This document shows, piece by piece, positions 38,745 through 49,900 of a DNA stretch of 64,000 nt. Every line of letters starts with the position of its first letter. Position 1 is the first letter of the stretch. The stretch covers positions 12,400,001 through 12,464,000 of the forward strand of contig NC_135886.1 in the NCBI RefSeq assembly GCF_964194155.1. Direction: 5' to 3'. Under the pieces are notes generated by a model. The model had not been told where the DNA came from and did not search any database. It worked only from the letters and a program-made list of their open reading frames with translations. Source of the DNA: Cetorhinus maximus (taxonomy: Eukaryota). Made by a program: the position numbers and the translations under genes.

Positions 38745-40430
38745 GTTTTAGTCATAGAGTTATACAGCACAGAAACAGGCTCTTCGGCCCATCATGTCCA
38801 TGCCGGGCATCAAGCACCTATTTATTCTAGTCCCATTTTCTAGCACTTGGCCTGTAGCCCTGTATGCTATGGCATTTCAAGTGCTCATCTAAATACCTCT
38901 TAAATGTTGTGAGGGTTCCTGCCTCTACCACCCCCTCAGGCAGTGTGTTCCAGGTTCCAACCACCTTCTGGGTGAAAAGATTTTTCCCCAAATCCCCTCT
39001 AAACCTCCTGCTCCTTACCTTAAATCTATGCCCCCTGGTTATTGACACCTCCGCTAAGGGGAAAGGTTTCTTCTTACCCTATCTATGACCCTCATAATTT
39101 TGTATACCTCTATCAGGTCCCCCTCAGCCTTCTCTGCTCTCAGGAAAATAACCCTAGCCTATCCAGTCTCTCTTCAGAGCTGAAACGCTCCAGCCCAGGC
39201 AACATCCTAGTGAATCTCCTCTGCACTCTCTCCAGTGCAATCACATCCTTCCTACAGTGTGACGACTAGAACTGCACACAGTACTCCAGCTGTGCCCTAA
39301 CTAGTGTTTTATATAGCTCCAACATAACCTCCCTGCTCTTTTTTCTATGCCTCGGCTAATAAAGGCAAGTATCCCATATGCCTTCTTAACCACCTTATCT
39401 ACCTGTGCTGCTGCCTTCAGGGATCTATGGACATGTACACCAAGGACCCTCTGAACCTCTGTATTTCCTAGGGTCCTACCATTCATTGTGTATTCCCTTC
39501 GTGTTAGTCCTCACAAAATGCATCACCTCACATTTCTCAGGATTAAATTCCATTTGCCACTGCTCTGCCCATTTTACCAGCTCATCTATATCGTCCTGTG
39601 ATTTAAGGCTTTCCTCCTTACTATTTATGACACCACCAATTTTTGTGCCATCTGTGAACTTACTGATTATACCTCTTATATTCACATCTAAATCATTAAT
39701 GTACACTACAAACAACAAGAGTCCCAGCACCGAACCCTGTGGTACACCACTCGTCACAGGCTTCCAATTGCAAAAAACAACCTTTGACCATCACCCTCTG
39801 CCTCCTGCTACTAATTTATCTTGGATCCAATTTGCCAAATTGCCCTAGATCCCATGGTCTCTTACCTTCTTGACCATTCTCCCATGCGGTACCTTGTCAA
39901 AAGCCTTATGAAGTCCATGTAGACTACATCAACTGCACTACCCTCATCTACACAACTAGTCATCTCCTTGAAAAATTCATTCAAATTTGTTAGACATGAT
40001 CTCCTCCTGACAAAGCCATGCTGACTATTCCTGATTAATCCCTGCCTCTCCAAGTGGAGATTAATCCTGTCCCTCAGATTTTTTTCAATAGATTCCCTGC
40101 CACTGGTGTTAGACTCACTGGCCTGCAAATACCTGGTTTATCCCTACTACCCTTCTTGAATAATGGTACCACATTCGCTGTCCTCCAGTCCTCTGGCACC
40201 TCTCCTGTGGCCAGAGAGGATTTGAAAATTAGTGTCAGAGCCCCTGCAATCTCCCTCCCTTGCCTCACACAGCAGCCTGGGATACATCTCATCTGGCCCT
40301 GGGGATTTATCCACTTTTAAGCCCACTAAAACCATTAACACCTTCTCCCTTTCAATGCTAATTTGTTCAAGTATATCAGAGTCCTCCTCCCTGATTTCTA
40401 CACCTATATCGTCCTTCTCCATAGTGAATG
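38745..40430 (-). mobile_element. CR1 LINE, 5'-truncated
   Basis: [58 protein letters not shown]. Confidence 0.92.
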
Positions 40431-40608
40431 TTCCGATTATATTTCAATAAAAGGAAATTGTTGTACAATTCCCATAGTTCAAGCTGAAATGGACCCTTTG
40501 TGTTTCACAGAAACTTTGTCCATCCATATCTATGCATATCCATAACTGTGCTGTGGAGCACAGGATATAAATCACAGGCACCTCAAATCAAAGTCCCAGT
40601 TTATTAAG

Positions 40609-40855
40609 ATAAAAGCGAAATACTGCGGATGCTGGAAATCTGAAACAAAAACAAAAATAGCTAGAAAAACTCAGCAGGTCTGACAGCATCTGCGGAGAGG
40701 AAGACAGTAAATGTTTCGAGTCCGTATGACCCTTCATCAGATCTTCATGAACTTCAGTTCTGATGAAGAGTCATACAGACGTGAAACGTTTACTGTCTTC
40801 CTCTCCGCAGATGCTGCCAGACCTGCTGAGTTTTTCCAGCTATTTTTGTTTTTGC
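40609..40855. mobile_element. Palindromic non-autonomous PLE-derived element with hammerhead motifs on both strands
   Basis: Arms about 40646-40740 and 40760-40854 are reverse complements; degenerate TSD CCCAG(TTT/CTC)ATTAAG at 40595-40608 and 40856-40869. Confidence 0.85.
40755..40795 (+). ncRNA. Minimal type-I hammerhead ribozyme motif
   Basis: CAGUU-CUGAUGA-AGAGUCAUACAGACGU-GAAAC-GUU-UACUG: intact core, ACGU palindromic helix III, CAGU/ACUG helix I; helix II partly mutated. Confidence 0.7.
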
Positions 40856-40884
40856 CCCAGCTCATTAAGCTTTGCATCCTCTTG

Positions 40885-41040
40885 TCTCTGAATCACTGTC
40901 AGAGGTGCTATCTTTCAGATAAGACATTAAACCATGGCCCTGGTCCCCCAGTCAGGCGGGTGTAATTTCGTGACACTGTTTTGAGGAAGAGCAGGGGCTT
41001 CTCTTGAGTGACCTGGCCAATGAGTGACCTCAACCAAAGT
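40885..41040 (+). mobile_element. Deu-SINE core fragment
   Basis: CTGTCAGAGGTGCTATCTTTCAGATAAGACATTAAACC...GAAGAGCAGGGG...CCTGGCCAAT. Confidence 0.65.
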
Positions 41041-41164
41041 CATTTGGTTTCCAAATCTACCTGACGTCTGTTTAACATTGAACTTTTACAAAGGGAATGC
41101 CTGTCTCGTGTGTCTCGCTGCATTTACCACCTTTCAACAGTCCCACCTTTGTTCTTTCTTCCAG

Positions 41165-41394
41165 GGTCTTTGGGTACAGCAGGAAGAATGTGCAACAAGT
41201 CCTCGAGGGATACGGATGGGTGCGAAGTGATGTGCTGCGGTCGGGGCTATGACACCACTCGAGTCGTGCGAGTCACTAAGTGCGAGTGCAAGTTCCACTG
41301 GTGCTGTGCGGTGAAGTGCAAAGAGTGCCAGGAGACAGTCGACTTTCACACCTGCAAAGCGCCTAAACGTGCAGACTGGCTTGACCAGACATGA
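41165..41394 (+). CDS. wnt2b: Wnt2b last coding exon
   Basis: Acceptor TTTGTTCTTTCTTCCAG ending at 41164. Phase-1 join restores [34 protein letters not shown]...[35 protein letters not shown]. The WLDQT C-terminus is WNT2B-like. Confidence 0.95.
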
Positions 41395-41995
41395 TTTCAG
41401 CGAGCAGAGCCGCCTTAATATGGGATATGCGTGAAGGCGCGTGGCATTTTTGGGGAGTTGTAGTTTAGCTGCATGGCTTTTGTCTTTAATTAATACCCTG
41501 TGAAGCACTAAAGAATGGACTACACCTCCCAGGGGACCATGGTGAACCGCTGGACATGTTCAGTAAATCATCGCATATTCCTTATCAGTAGGGGGAATTG
41601 CAATATAAAGCGTAAATCCTGAACCTTATCATTCGCAATGTTAATTTTTTTTTTGGAATGGGACAGTGCAACTGCCCATTAAACAAGAGACTCTGTAAGG
41701 TGAAGCACACCACGGCTTCTGTAGTTGTCAAGTGATGAGGATCTCCCTGTAACACCAGCTGCATGCGACTAATTTCTCCAATCTGGTATTTTTTTTTTTT
41801 TGTTTTTTTTTTATTGGTACGTCAATGCCTTATTAATAAGTGGAAAAGCTGCTGACCGCTCCTAAAGATCATTCAGAAGGATGTGAAGCTGCGATTCTGC
41901 ACGAGAAACAAGGGCCTGCACTTTCTGAAGGCAGTTGTATAACTCTGTATTAACAAGACAACCTGCACTATGAACATTAGCTACAAGAGGATAGC

Positions 41996-42040
41996 AGAGA
42001 GAGAGAGAGAGAGGGAGACAACGCGAGTGAGAGTGATAGA
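41996..42040. repeat. (GA)n microsatellite in the putative 3' UTR
   Basis: Direct reading. Confidence 0.75.
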
Positions 42041-42252
42041 GGGACTTGCCTGGTTATAACTAATCTATCCGTTGATTCGCGTCCATATAAGCCTTCAAAC
42101 TGTAACAGGAAGTCTGTGAAGACATTAAGAATGAGGCTCTGGTTCACTGCTGCTGATTTCAATAGTGCAACTCACCTGAACTTTATATGGTTTAAGAATG
42201 TTTTTTTTTTAAAATATTGTAATAATTCTTACACTACTATCAGTATGTTAAT

Positions 42253-42493
42253 ATAAAAGCAAAATACTGCGGATGCTGGAAATCTGAAATAAAAACAGAA
42301 AATGCTGTAAAAACCCAGCAGGTCTGACATCCTCTGTGGCGAGAGAAAGAGGGTTAAATGTTTCCAGTCCCTATGGCTCTTCTTCAGAGAATGCTTCGAA
42401 GAAGAGTCATTCAGACTCGAAACGTTAACGCTGTTTCTCGCTCCGCAGATGCTGGCCAGGCCTGCTGAGTTTTTACAGCATTTTCTGTTTTCA
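42253..42493. mobile_element. Palindromic PLE-derived element, copy 2
   Basis: Inverted arms; TSD TATCAGTATGTT at 42238-42249 and 42494-42505. Confidence 0.85.
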
Positions 42494-42555
42494 TATCAGT
42501 ATGTTCATGTTTGGCAGTCTGCAAGTGCAGTTCCTACAGTCATAAGCTAATGCAA

Positions 42556-42561
42556 AATAAA
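42556..42561 (+). promoter_or_regulatory. Candidate polyadenylation signal AATAAA for wnt2b
   Basis: AATAAA about 1.16 kb after the stop codon, near the end of largely non-repetitive AT-rich sequence. An ATTAAA near 41678 is an alternative. Confidence 0.35.
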
Positions 42562-42689
42562 TGCATTCTACACTGTACCGTAGTTTGAAGGTATCCCAGC
42601 TGCATATATTGTTTGCATTTTCACAGACAAACCTTTTTCTAATTAAAAAAGAAAAAAAAAAGTTAGGCTGGAGCCCATGTTCTGCCGTG

Positions 42690-43545
42690 TGTATTGTGAG
42701 TTCAGTCTCCAGTCAGAAATGGAGGAAGTACAATCTTCAAATCAGAGTCAAGCAATTCACAGGTGAATTTAGGATCAATTTTTTTTTACACAAAGGGTAG
42801 TGGAAACACACAACTCGCCCCAACTTCCACCTCGAAAGCTGTGGAAACCGGAAATTGAAAATTTTCAAATCTGTGTTCGATGGATTTATTTTTTTCGTTG
42901 GGTATCAAAGGATGTGGAGCAAAGGCTGGTGAAAGGAGTCGAAGTACAAGTCAGTCTTCAAATGGCGCAACAGGCTTGAGGTGGTCTAATTGCAACGTAT
43001 AAAATTCTTAAGCGACCTGACGGGGTTAATGCTGATCTGAAAAAGTGTTTCTCCTCACTGGGGAATCTAGAATACAGGGTCATAGCCTCAGAATAAGGGG
43101 CCGGGCATTTTGGATTGAGCTGAGGGGAAATTTCTTCACTCAAAGGGTTATGAATCTTTGGAATTATCGATCCCAAAGAGCTGTGAATGCTCAATCATTG
43201 AGTGTACTCAAGATGGAGATTGCTAGATTTTTGCATGCTAAGGGCATTAAGTGGGGATAGTGCAGGAAGGTGTAGCTGAGGTCAAATATCAGAAAGTCCT
43301 GTTCTTATTGAATTTCAGAGCAGGCTCGAGGAGCTGAACAATTTACTCTAGTTCCTATTTCTTATATAAAGGCAAAATACTGCGGATGCTGGAAATCTGA
43401 AACAAAAACAAAAAGTGCTGGAAAACTCAGCAGGTCTGACAGCATCTGTGGAGAGAAAGACAGAGAACTGAAGAAGAGTCATACGGACTCGAAACATTAA
43501 CTCTGTCTTTCTCTCTACAGATGCTCCTATTTCTTATGTTCTTTC
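42690..43545 (+). mobile_element. Two tandem CR1 3' fragments
   Basis: GESRIQGHSLRIRGR..RGNFFTQRVMNLWN and a more decayed copy upstream; CCTATTTCTTATGTTCTT tail. Confidence 0.7.
43366..43524. mobile_element. Palindromic PLE-derived element, copy 3, inserted in a CR1 tail
   Basis: TSD TCCTATTTCTTAT at 43353-43365 and 43525-43537; core CTGAAGA-AGAGTCATACGGACTC-GAAAC-ATT at 43468-43498. Confidence 0.85.
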
Positions 43546-43569
43546 GAGAGGGTGAACGACCTACTCCTG

Positions 43570-43700
43570 TTCCTCTGGTATGGTAGTGAATCCTATCACC
43601 AACAGCCCCAGGTTCGATCCCTGATCTGTGCTGAGTTAGCTGACCCCTGGCCAAGATGGCAGTGAGGGTGAAGCAACAAGGCTCAATGGCTCCTGGGTTA
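43570..43700 (+). mobile_element. Probable tRNA-derived SINE head (different family)
   Basis: B-box GGTTCGATCC followed by CTGTGCTGAGTTAGCTGA; no full cloverleaf. Confidence 0.4.
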
Positions 43701-43954
43701 TGGATGGGTGAAGTAGCCAGAATTAGTACATCCCCATCACTGTCCATTTACCGCTGCTGGACACAGCACGTGTGGAGAGAGGAGGAGATTGGACACTTCC
43801 TGCTGCTCACTTTGCTGAATGGCTTATTGACACTCGACACTGAGAGGTCACACATTAAGGAGTAGCAGACAACCTATCAGCATCTATGCCAGTCTACCAC
43901 AGCAACAGTAGGAATGGAGAGGAGAAAAATGGAGGCTTATACAGATCTCAAGCA

Positions 43955-44190
43955 AGAAAGGTGTGCAATTATATAGCCCTTCACAACCTCAGGATGTCTC
44001 ATCGTGCTTTACAGCTAATTAAAGTTTCTTTTGAAGTGTACTGACTGTAATATTGTTGGAGACATGGCAACCAATCACAGCAGCCAATTTGCACACAGCA
44101 AGCTCCCACAAACTGAAATGTGATAATGACCAGACATGAGTTTTAATAATGTTGGTTGAGGGATAAAAATGAACCAGGTCACCAGGGGAG
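43955..44190 (-). mobile_element. Deu-SINE 3' half
   Basis: CAGCCAATTTGCACACAGCAAGCTCCCACAAAC..AATGTGATAATGACCAGA..GTTGGTTGAGGGATAAA. Confidence 0.7.
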
Positions 44191-44195
44191 GATTC

Positions 44196-45740
44196 TAAAA
44201 CAAACGCAAAATACTGCAGGTGCTGGAAATCTGAAACAAAAACCGAAAATGCTGGAAATGCTCAAGGTCAGGAAGCACCTGTGGAGAGAGAAGCTGAGTT
44301 AACATTTCAGGTCAATGACCTTTTGTCAGAACTTGGACATGTTAGAGGCGTGAGAGATTTTGAACAGGTACAGAGGCAGGGAAAAGGCATAGGCAGGAAG
44401 CTCTGTGATAGGATGGAAGGCAGATTAAATGGCAAAAGAGACGATGGTGCAAGGAAAAGGAGATGGTAAAGAAACAAAAGATGTGTCTAGAGGAGGTTTA
44501 AATGGAAACAGAATCATTACCAATAGCAACTGTTGGGGAAAATCAGGGGCAGAGGTTACAAAGTGAAATTGTTGGGCTCAGTGTTCAGGCTAGAAGGTTG
44601 TAAAGTGTATAATTGAAAGATGAGGTGCTGTTCCTTAAGCTGGCATTGAGCTTCATTGGAACTGTGTAGAAGGCAGACGCCAGAGAGTTCAGAATTGAAC
44701 AGAGAATTAAAATGTCAGGTGACCAGAAGCTCACGCTTACAGACAGAATGGAGGTGCTCCACAAAGCCATCGCCCAATCTACGTTCATCTCCCCAATGTA
44801 GAGGCGACCATATCATGAGCAGCCAATACAATACACTAAAGTGAACAAATACAAGTAATTTGCTGTTTCTGGGGCCTTGGACAGTGGGAGGGGAGGAGGT
44901 AAAAGGTCAAGTGTTGCAGCTCCTGAACTTGTATGGGAAGGTGCCCTGGGAAGGGGTGGGGATACTGCGGGTGTTTGAGGAATGGACCACAGTTTCGCAG
45001 ACGGAACAGTCCCTCCCGAATGCTGAAAGAGGAGGAGAGGTGAAGATGTGTTTGGTGGTGGCATCACACCGGAGGTGGTGGAAAATGATCCATTGAATGT
45101 GGAGGCTGGTGGGGTGGAAACTGAGGACAAGGGGAGCCCTATTGCAGGTCTGGGAGGGAGGGGAAGGAGTGAGGGAAGAAGTGCAGGAAAATGGGAGGGA
45201 CACAATGAAGGACCCTGTCGACCATGGTGGAGGGGGATCCTCAGTTGAGGTAAAAGGAGGACATATCAGAAGTGTTGGCGTGGAAAGTACCATTGTCAGA
45301 ACAGATGAGACACAAATAGAAAAACTGGGAGTATAGACTGAAGTCCTTACAGGAAGCGAGTGTGACGAATGGTAGTCAATGGGAGTCAGTGGGCTTGTGG
45401 TGGATATTGATCGATAGTCTATCCCCAGAAAAGGAGACAGAGAAGTCAAGGAAGTGAAGGGAAGTGCTGAAGATGGACCACGTAAAGGTGTGAGAAGGCT
45501 GCAAAGTAGGATGCACCATTGTTTAAATTACCCAGTTCAGAGTGAAAGTAGGAAATGGCACTGATATTTCAATGTATCAGAAATATGTATATATAAATAT
45601 ATTCATCAATATATCAAATAACGAGGTGAAGGAGGGAGGGCTGAGAAGAACTGGAACAAGGAATGTTTCACATATCCCACAGAAAAAAGCAGGCATATGG
45701 GTTCCCATAGTAACACCTTTTATCTGGAAGAAATCCAAGG
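44196..45740 (-). mobile_element. Penelope-like element family 1: decayed RT, linker, GIY-YIG and 3' end
   Basis: FQIKGVTMGTHM (RT), RAPLVLSFHPTSLHIQ..TTKHIFTSPPLSAFGRDCSV..GTFP..CNT (linker), LVYCIGCS (GIY-YIG); decayed hammerhead at about 44298-44333. Confidence 0.85.
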
Positions 45741-45744
45741 CCAC

Positions 45745-46480
45745 AAACTCTCCTTCCAGATGAACCAGCAATTTACTTGTACTTATTTCAACTTAGTATT
45801 CTGTAGTCACTGATCTCCTATCCACTGGGGAGAGCAAACACAGATATAGTGACCACCATTTAATCTGCAAGCGTGACTCAGAGCTTCCAGTGACTTGTCA
45901 TTTTAATTCTCTGCGTTGCTCCCACTCTGACCTCTCTGTCCTCAGCCTCCTACATTGTTCCAATGATGCCCAACACAAGCATAAGGAGCAGCACCTCATT
46001 TTTCGGTTAGGCACTTTACAAACTTTCAGACTCAACATTGAGTTCAATACTTTCGGATCATGCTGCCAATCTGTTCTGATTTCAGATTTCCAGCATCTGT
46101 AGTTTCTTGCTTCTATCAGATCATAACCTCTGCGCCCATATTTTCAGGCAGCAGCTGTCGGTAATGATTTTGCATTCACTGTTTACACCTCCTATCGGTC
46201 CATCTTTTGTTCCTTTACTTGTGCCATGACCATCCCCTTTTGTCTTGCACCCTCATCCCTTTCGCCGTTTAAATACTGCTGCCTTCCATTTCATCACAGA
46301 CTTTCCCTTTCGATCTTTCCTTCCCTCCGCACTTTCCCTGCCTGTGAACTTGCTGAAAATCTGTCACATCTCCAACATTTCTAGTTTTGACAAAATGTCA
46401 CCCACCTGACACATTAACTCTGTTTCTCTCTTTGCAGATGCTGCCTGACGTGCTGAGTGTTTACAGCATTTTCTGTTTTT
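45745..46480 (+). mobile_element. Inverted PLE family 1 segment (GIY-YIG C-terminus plus 3' end)
   Basis: CHFNSLRCSHSDLSVLSLLHCSNDAQHKHKEQHLIFRLGTLQ..LNIEFN; terminal block at 46385-46480. Confidence 0.85.
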
Positions 46481-46974
46481 AGATCAGGTAGAACTTCCCC
46501 GCTCATTTTGAGGTATTTTTCATCCACATGAGGGCCTCGGTTTAACATCTTATACCAAAGAATGACATGGTCTACACTGTGGAGTTGGGGGAGGCTGTTA
46601 TTTCGCCATGGTGAGCGGGTGGGAGGAAGCCAATTGCACTCTTGAGCTGAGGCATTCTTATGTTGTGAGGTACTCACATGACCAGAGTCCAGTTAGAAAC
46701 TGACCAAAGGATCAATGCGACTAACCAATCAATTATCCCTTCAAAATAAAGATAGGTTAATAAGTCTGAGCTCTGACAAAGAGCCCAGTTATCAACATTA
46801 ACTGGTCTCGTCGTCCAGTTTATTGCCTCATGTATTGTCAGCATTTTCTGTATAAGCTTCAGAATTCTAAGTTTGTAGCATTTTCTTTTTATTTGAGTTG
46901 TTGTGTATAGGGTTTCAGATGAGGCAATAGCTGTTTGTATCCTGGTGGGCCTGTTAGGGTGGAATGGATACATA

Positions 46975-49900
46975 GAGGGTCTGTGTTGAAATAATGCTGT
47001 TTATTTAAGGGGCTCTGTATTGGGGTGACGCTGTTTATTTAAGGGGTTCTGTATTGGGGTGATGCTGTTTATTTAAGGAGTACTCTATTGGGGTGAATTT
47101 TTAAAAATTCATTCATGGGATCCAGCATTTAAGCCCGTCCCTAATTGCCCTTGAGAGGTGAACTGCCTTCTTGAACCGCTGCAGCCCGTGTGGTGTAGGT
47201 ACACCCAAAGTGCTGTTAGGAAGGGACTTCCAGGATTTTGACCCAGCGACAGTGAAGAAACAGCGATATTTCCAAGTCAGGATGGTGGTGGCTTGGAGGG
47301 GAACTTTCAGGTGGCTCCAGGAGGAGCCTTGGTGAGTTCTTGCAGTGCACCTTGTAGATGGTACACACTGCTGCTACTGTGCGTCGGTGGTGGAGGGAGT
47401 GAATGTTTGTGAATGGGGTGCCAATCAAGCAGGCTGCTTTGTCCTGGACGGTGTCAAGCTTCTTGAGTGTTGTGGGAGCAGCACTCATCCAGGCAAGCAG
47501 AGATTATTCTATCACACCCCTGACGTGCTTTGACGATGGTGGACAGGCTTTGGGGAGTCAGGAGGTGAGTTTCTTGCTGCAAGATTCCTAGCCTCTGACC
47601 TGCTCTTGTAGCCACAGTATTTATATGGCTAGGCCAGTTCAGTTTCTGGTCAATGGTAACCTGGCAGGATATTGTTAGTGGAGGATTCAGCGATGGTAAT
47701 GCCATTTAAAGTCAAGGGGTGATGGTTAGATTCTCTCTTGTTGGAGATGGTCAATGCCTGGTATCTGTTTGGCAGGAATGTTACTTGCCACTTGTCAGCC
47801 CAAGCCTGGATATTGTCCAGGTCCTGCTGCATTTGGACATGGACTGCTTCAGTATCTGAGGAGTCGCGAATGGTGCTGAACATTGTGCAATCATCAGCAA
47901 ACATCCCCCTTCTGATCTTATGATGGAAGTCATTGATAAGGCAGCTGAAGATGGTTGGGCCTTGGACGCTACCCCCTGCCGTGATGTCCTGGAACTGAGA
48001 TGATTTACCCCCAACAACAACAACCATCTTCCTTTGTGCTGGGCATGACTCCAACCAGTGGAGAGTTTTCTTCCTCTGATTCCCATTGACTCCAGTTTTG
48101 CTAGGACTCCTTGATGCCACATTCGGTCAAATGTGGCCTTGATGTCAAGGACAGTCACTCTCACCTCACCTCTGGAGTTCAGCTCTTTTGTCCATGTTTG
48201 AACCAAGGCTGCAATGAGGTCAGGAACTGAGTGGCCCTGGTGGAGCCCAAACTGAGCATCAGTGAGCAGGTTATTGCTAAGCAAGTGCTGCTTGATAGCT
48301 CTGTCAATAACCCCCTCCATCACTTTACTGATGATCGTGAGTAGATTGATGGGACGGTAATTGGCCAGGTTGGATTTGTCCTGCTTTTTGTGTACAGGAC
48401 CTACCAGGGCAATTTTCCACATAGTCAGGTAGATACCAGTGTTGTAGCTGTACTTGAACAGCTTGGCTAGGGGCGCGGCAAGTTCTGGAGCACAAGTCTT
48501 CAGTACTATTGCCGGAATATTGTCAGGGTACATAGCCTTTGCAGTATCTTGGGCCTTCAGCCATTTCTTGATAGCACGTGGACTGAATCGAATTGGCTGA
48601 AGACTGGCATCTGTGATGCTGGGGACTTCCAGCAGAAGCCTAGATAAATCATCCACTCGGCACTTCTGGCTGGAGATTGGAGCAAATGCTTCAGCCTTAT
48701 CTTTTGCACTGCTGTGCTGGGCTCCTCCATCATTGAAGATGGGGATATTTGTGGAGCCTCCTCCTCCAGTGAGTTGTTTAATTGTCCACTACCATTCACA
48801 ACTGGATGTGGCAGAACTGCAGAGCTTAGATTTGATCCATTGGTTGTGGAATCACTTAGTCTATCACTTGCTGCTTATGCTGTTTGGCACACAAGTAGTC
48901 CTGTGTTATAGCTTCACCAGGTTGGCACCTCATTTTTAGGTATGCCTGGTGTTACTCCTGGCATGCCCTCCTGCATTCTTCATTGAACCAGGGTTGATCC
49001 CCTGGCTTGATGGTAATGGTAATGTGGGGGATATGCTGGGCCATGAGGTTACAGATTGTGGTTGAATACAATTCTGCTGCTGCTGATGGCCCACAGCGCC
49101 TCATGGATGCCCAGCCTTAAGTTGCTAGTTCTGTTCGAAATCTATCCCATTTCACATGGCAGTAGTGCCACACAACACAATGGAGGATATCCTCAATGTG
49201 AAGACGGGACTTCGTCTCCACAAGGACTGTGCAGTGGTAACTCCTACCAATACTGACATGGACAGATGCATCTGCGGCTGGCAGGTTGGTGAGGATGAGG
49301 TCAAGTATGTTTTCCCTCTTGTTGGTTCCCTCAGCACCTGCCGCAGACCCAGCCTAGCAGCTATGTCCTTTAGGACTTGGCCAGCTCGGTCAGTAGCGGT
49401 GCTACCGAGCCACTCTTGGTGGTGGACATTGAAATTCTCCACCCAGCGTACATTCTGCATCCTTGCCACCCTTAGTGCTTCCTCCTAGTGGTGTTCAACA
49501 TTGAGGAGCACTGATACATCAGCTGAGGGAGGGTGGTACATGGTAATCAGCAGGAGGTTTCCTTGCCCATGTTTGACCTGATGCCATGAGACTTCCTGGG
49601 GTCCAGAGTCAATGTTGAAGACTCCATTCTGACTGTATACCACTGTGCCGCCACCTTTGCTGGGTCTGTCCTGCCAGTGCAACAGGAAATACCCAGGGAT
49701 GGTGATGGTGATGGTGGTGTCTGGGACATTATCTGTAAGGTATGATTCCATGAGGATGACTACATCAGGCTGTTACTTGGCTATTTATTTAAGAGGTTCT
49801 TGGTATTGGGGTGATGCTATTTTTTTATTCATTCATCAGGTAGAAGCGTCACTTGCTAGGCCAGCATTTATTGCCCATCCCTAATTGACAGTGCTGCGGG

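Larger units (their letters stand above)
2156..41164 (+). other. wnt2b: wnt2b last intron, 39,009 bp (GT-AG)
   Basis: Phase-compatible donor and acceptor; the spliced protein is contiguous with no missing Wnt segment. Confidence 0.9.

Noticed and set aside
1891-41394. Assignment as wnt2 rather than wnt2b
   Set aside because: Several residues in the first exon resemble WNT2, but [20 protein letters not shown] and the WLDQT end favour WNT2B. A phylogeny or synteny check would be decisive.
41134-41508. 124-aa antisense ORF over the last exon
   Set aside because: Shadow frame of the GC-richer Wnt coding sequence with no recognisable motif.
43570-43640. tRNA gene
   Set aside because: Only a B-box-like motif, with no cloverleaf; treated as a SINE head.
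47781-48656. 291-aa ORF as an active reverse transcriptase gene
   Set aside because: Fragment of a frameshifted LINE ORF2; the catalytic FADD motif lies in another frame.
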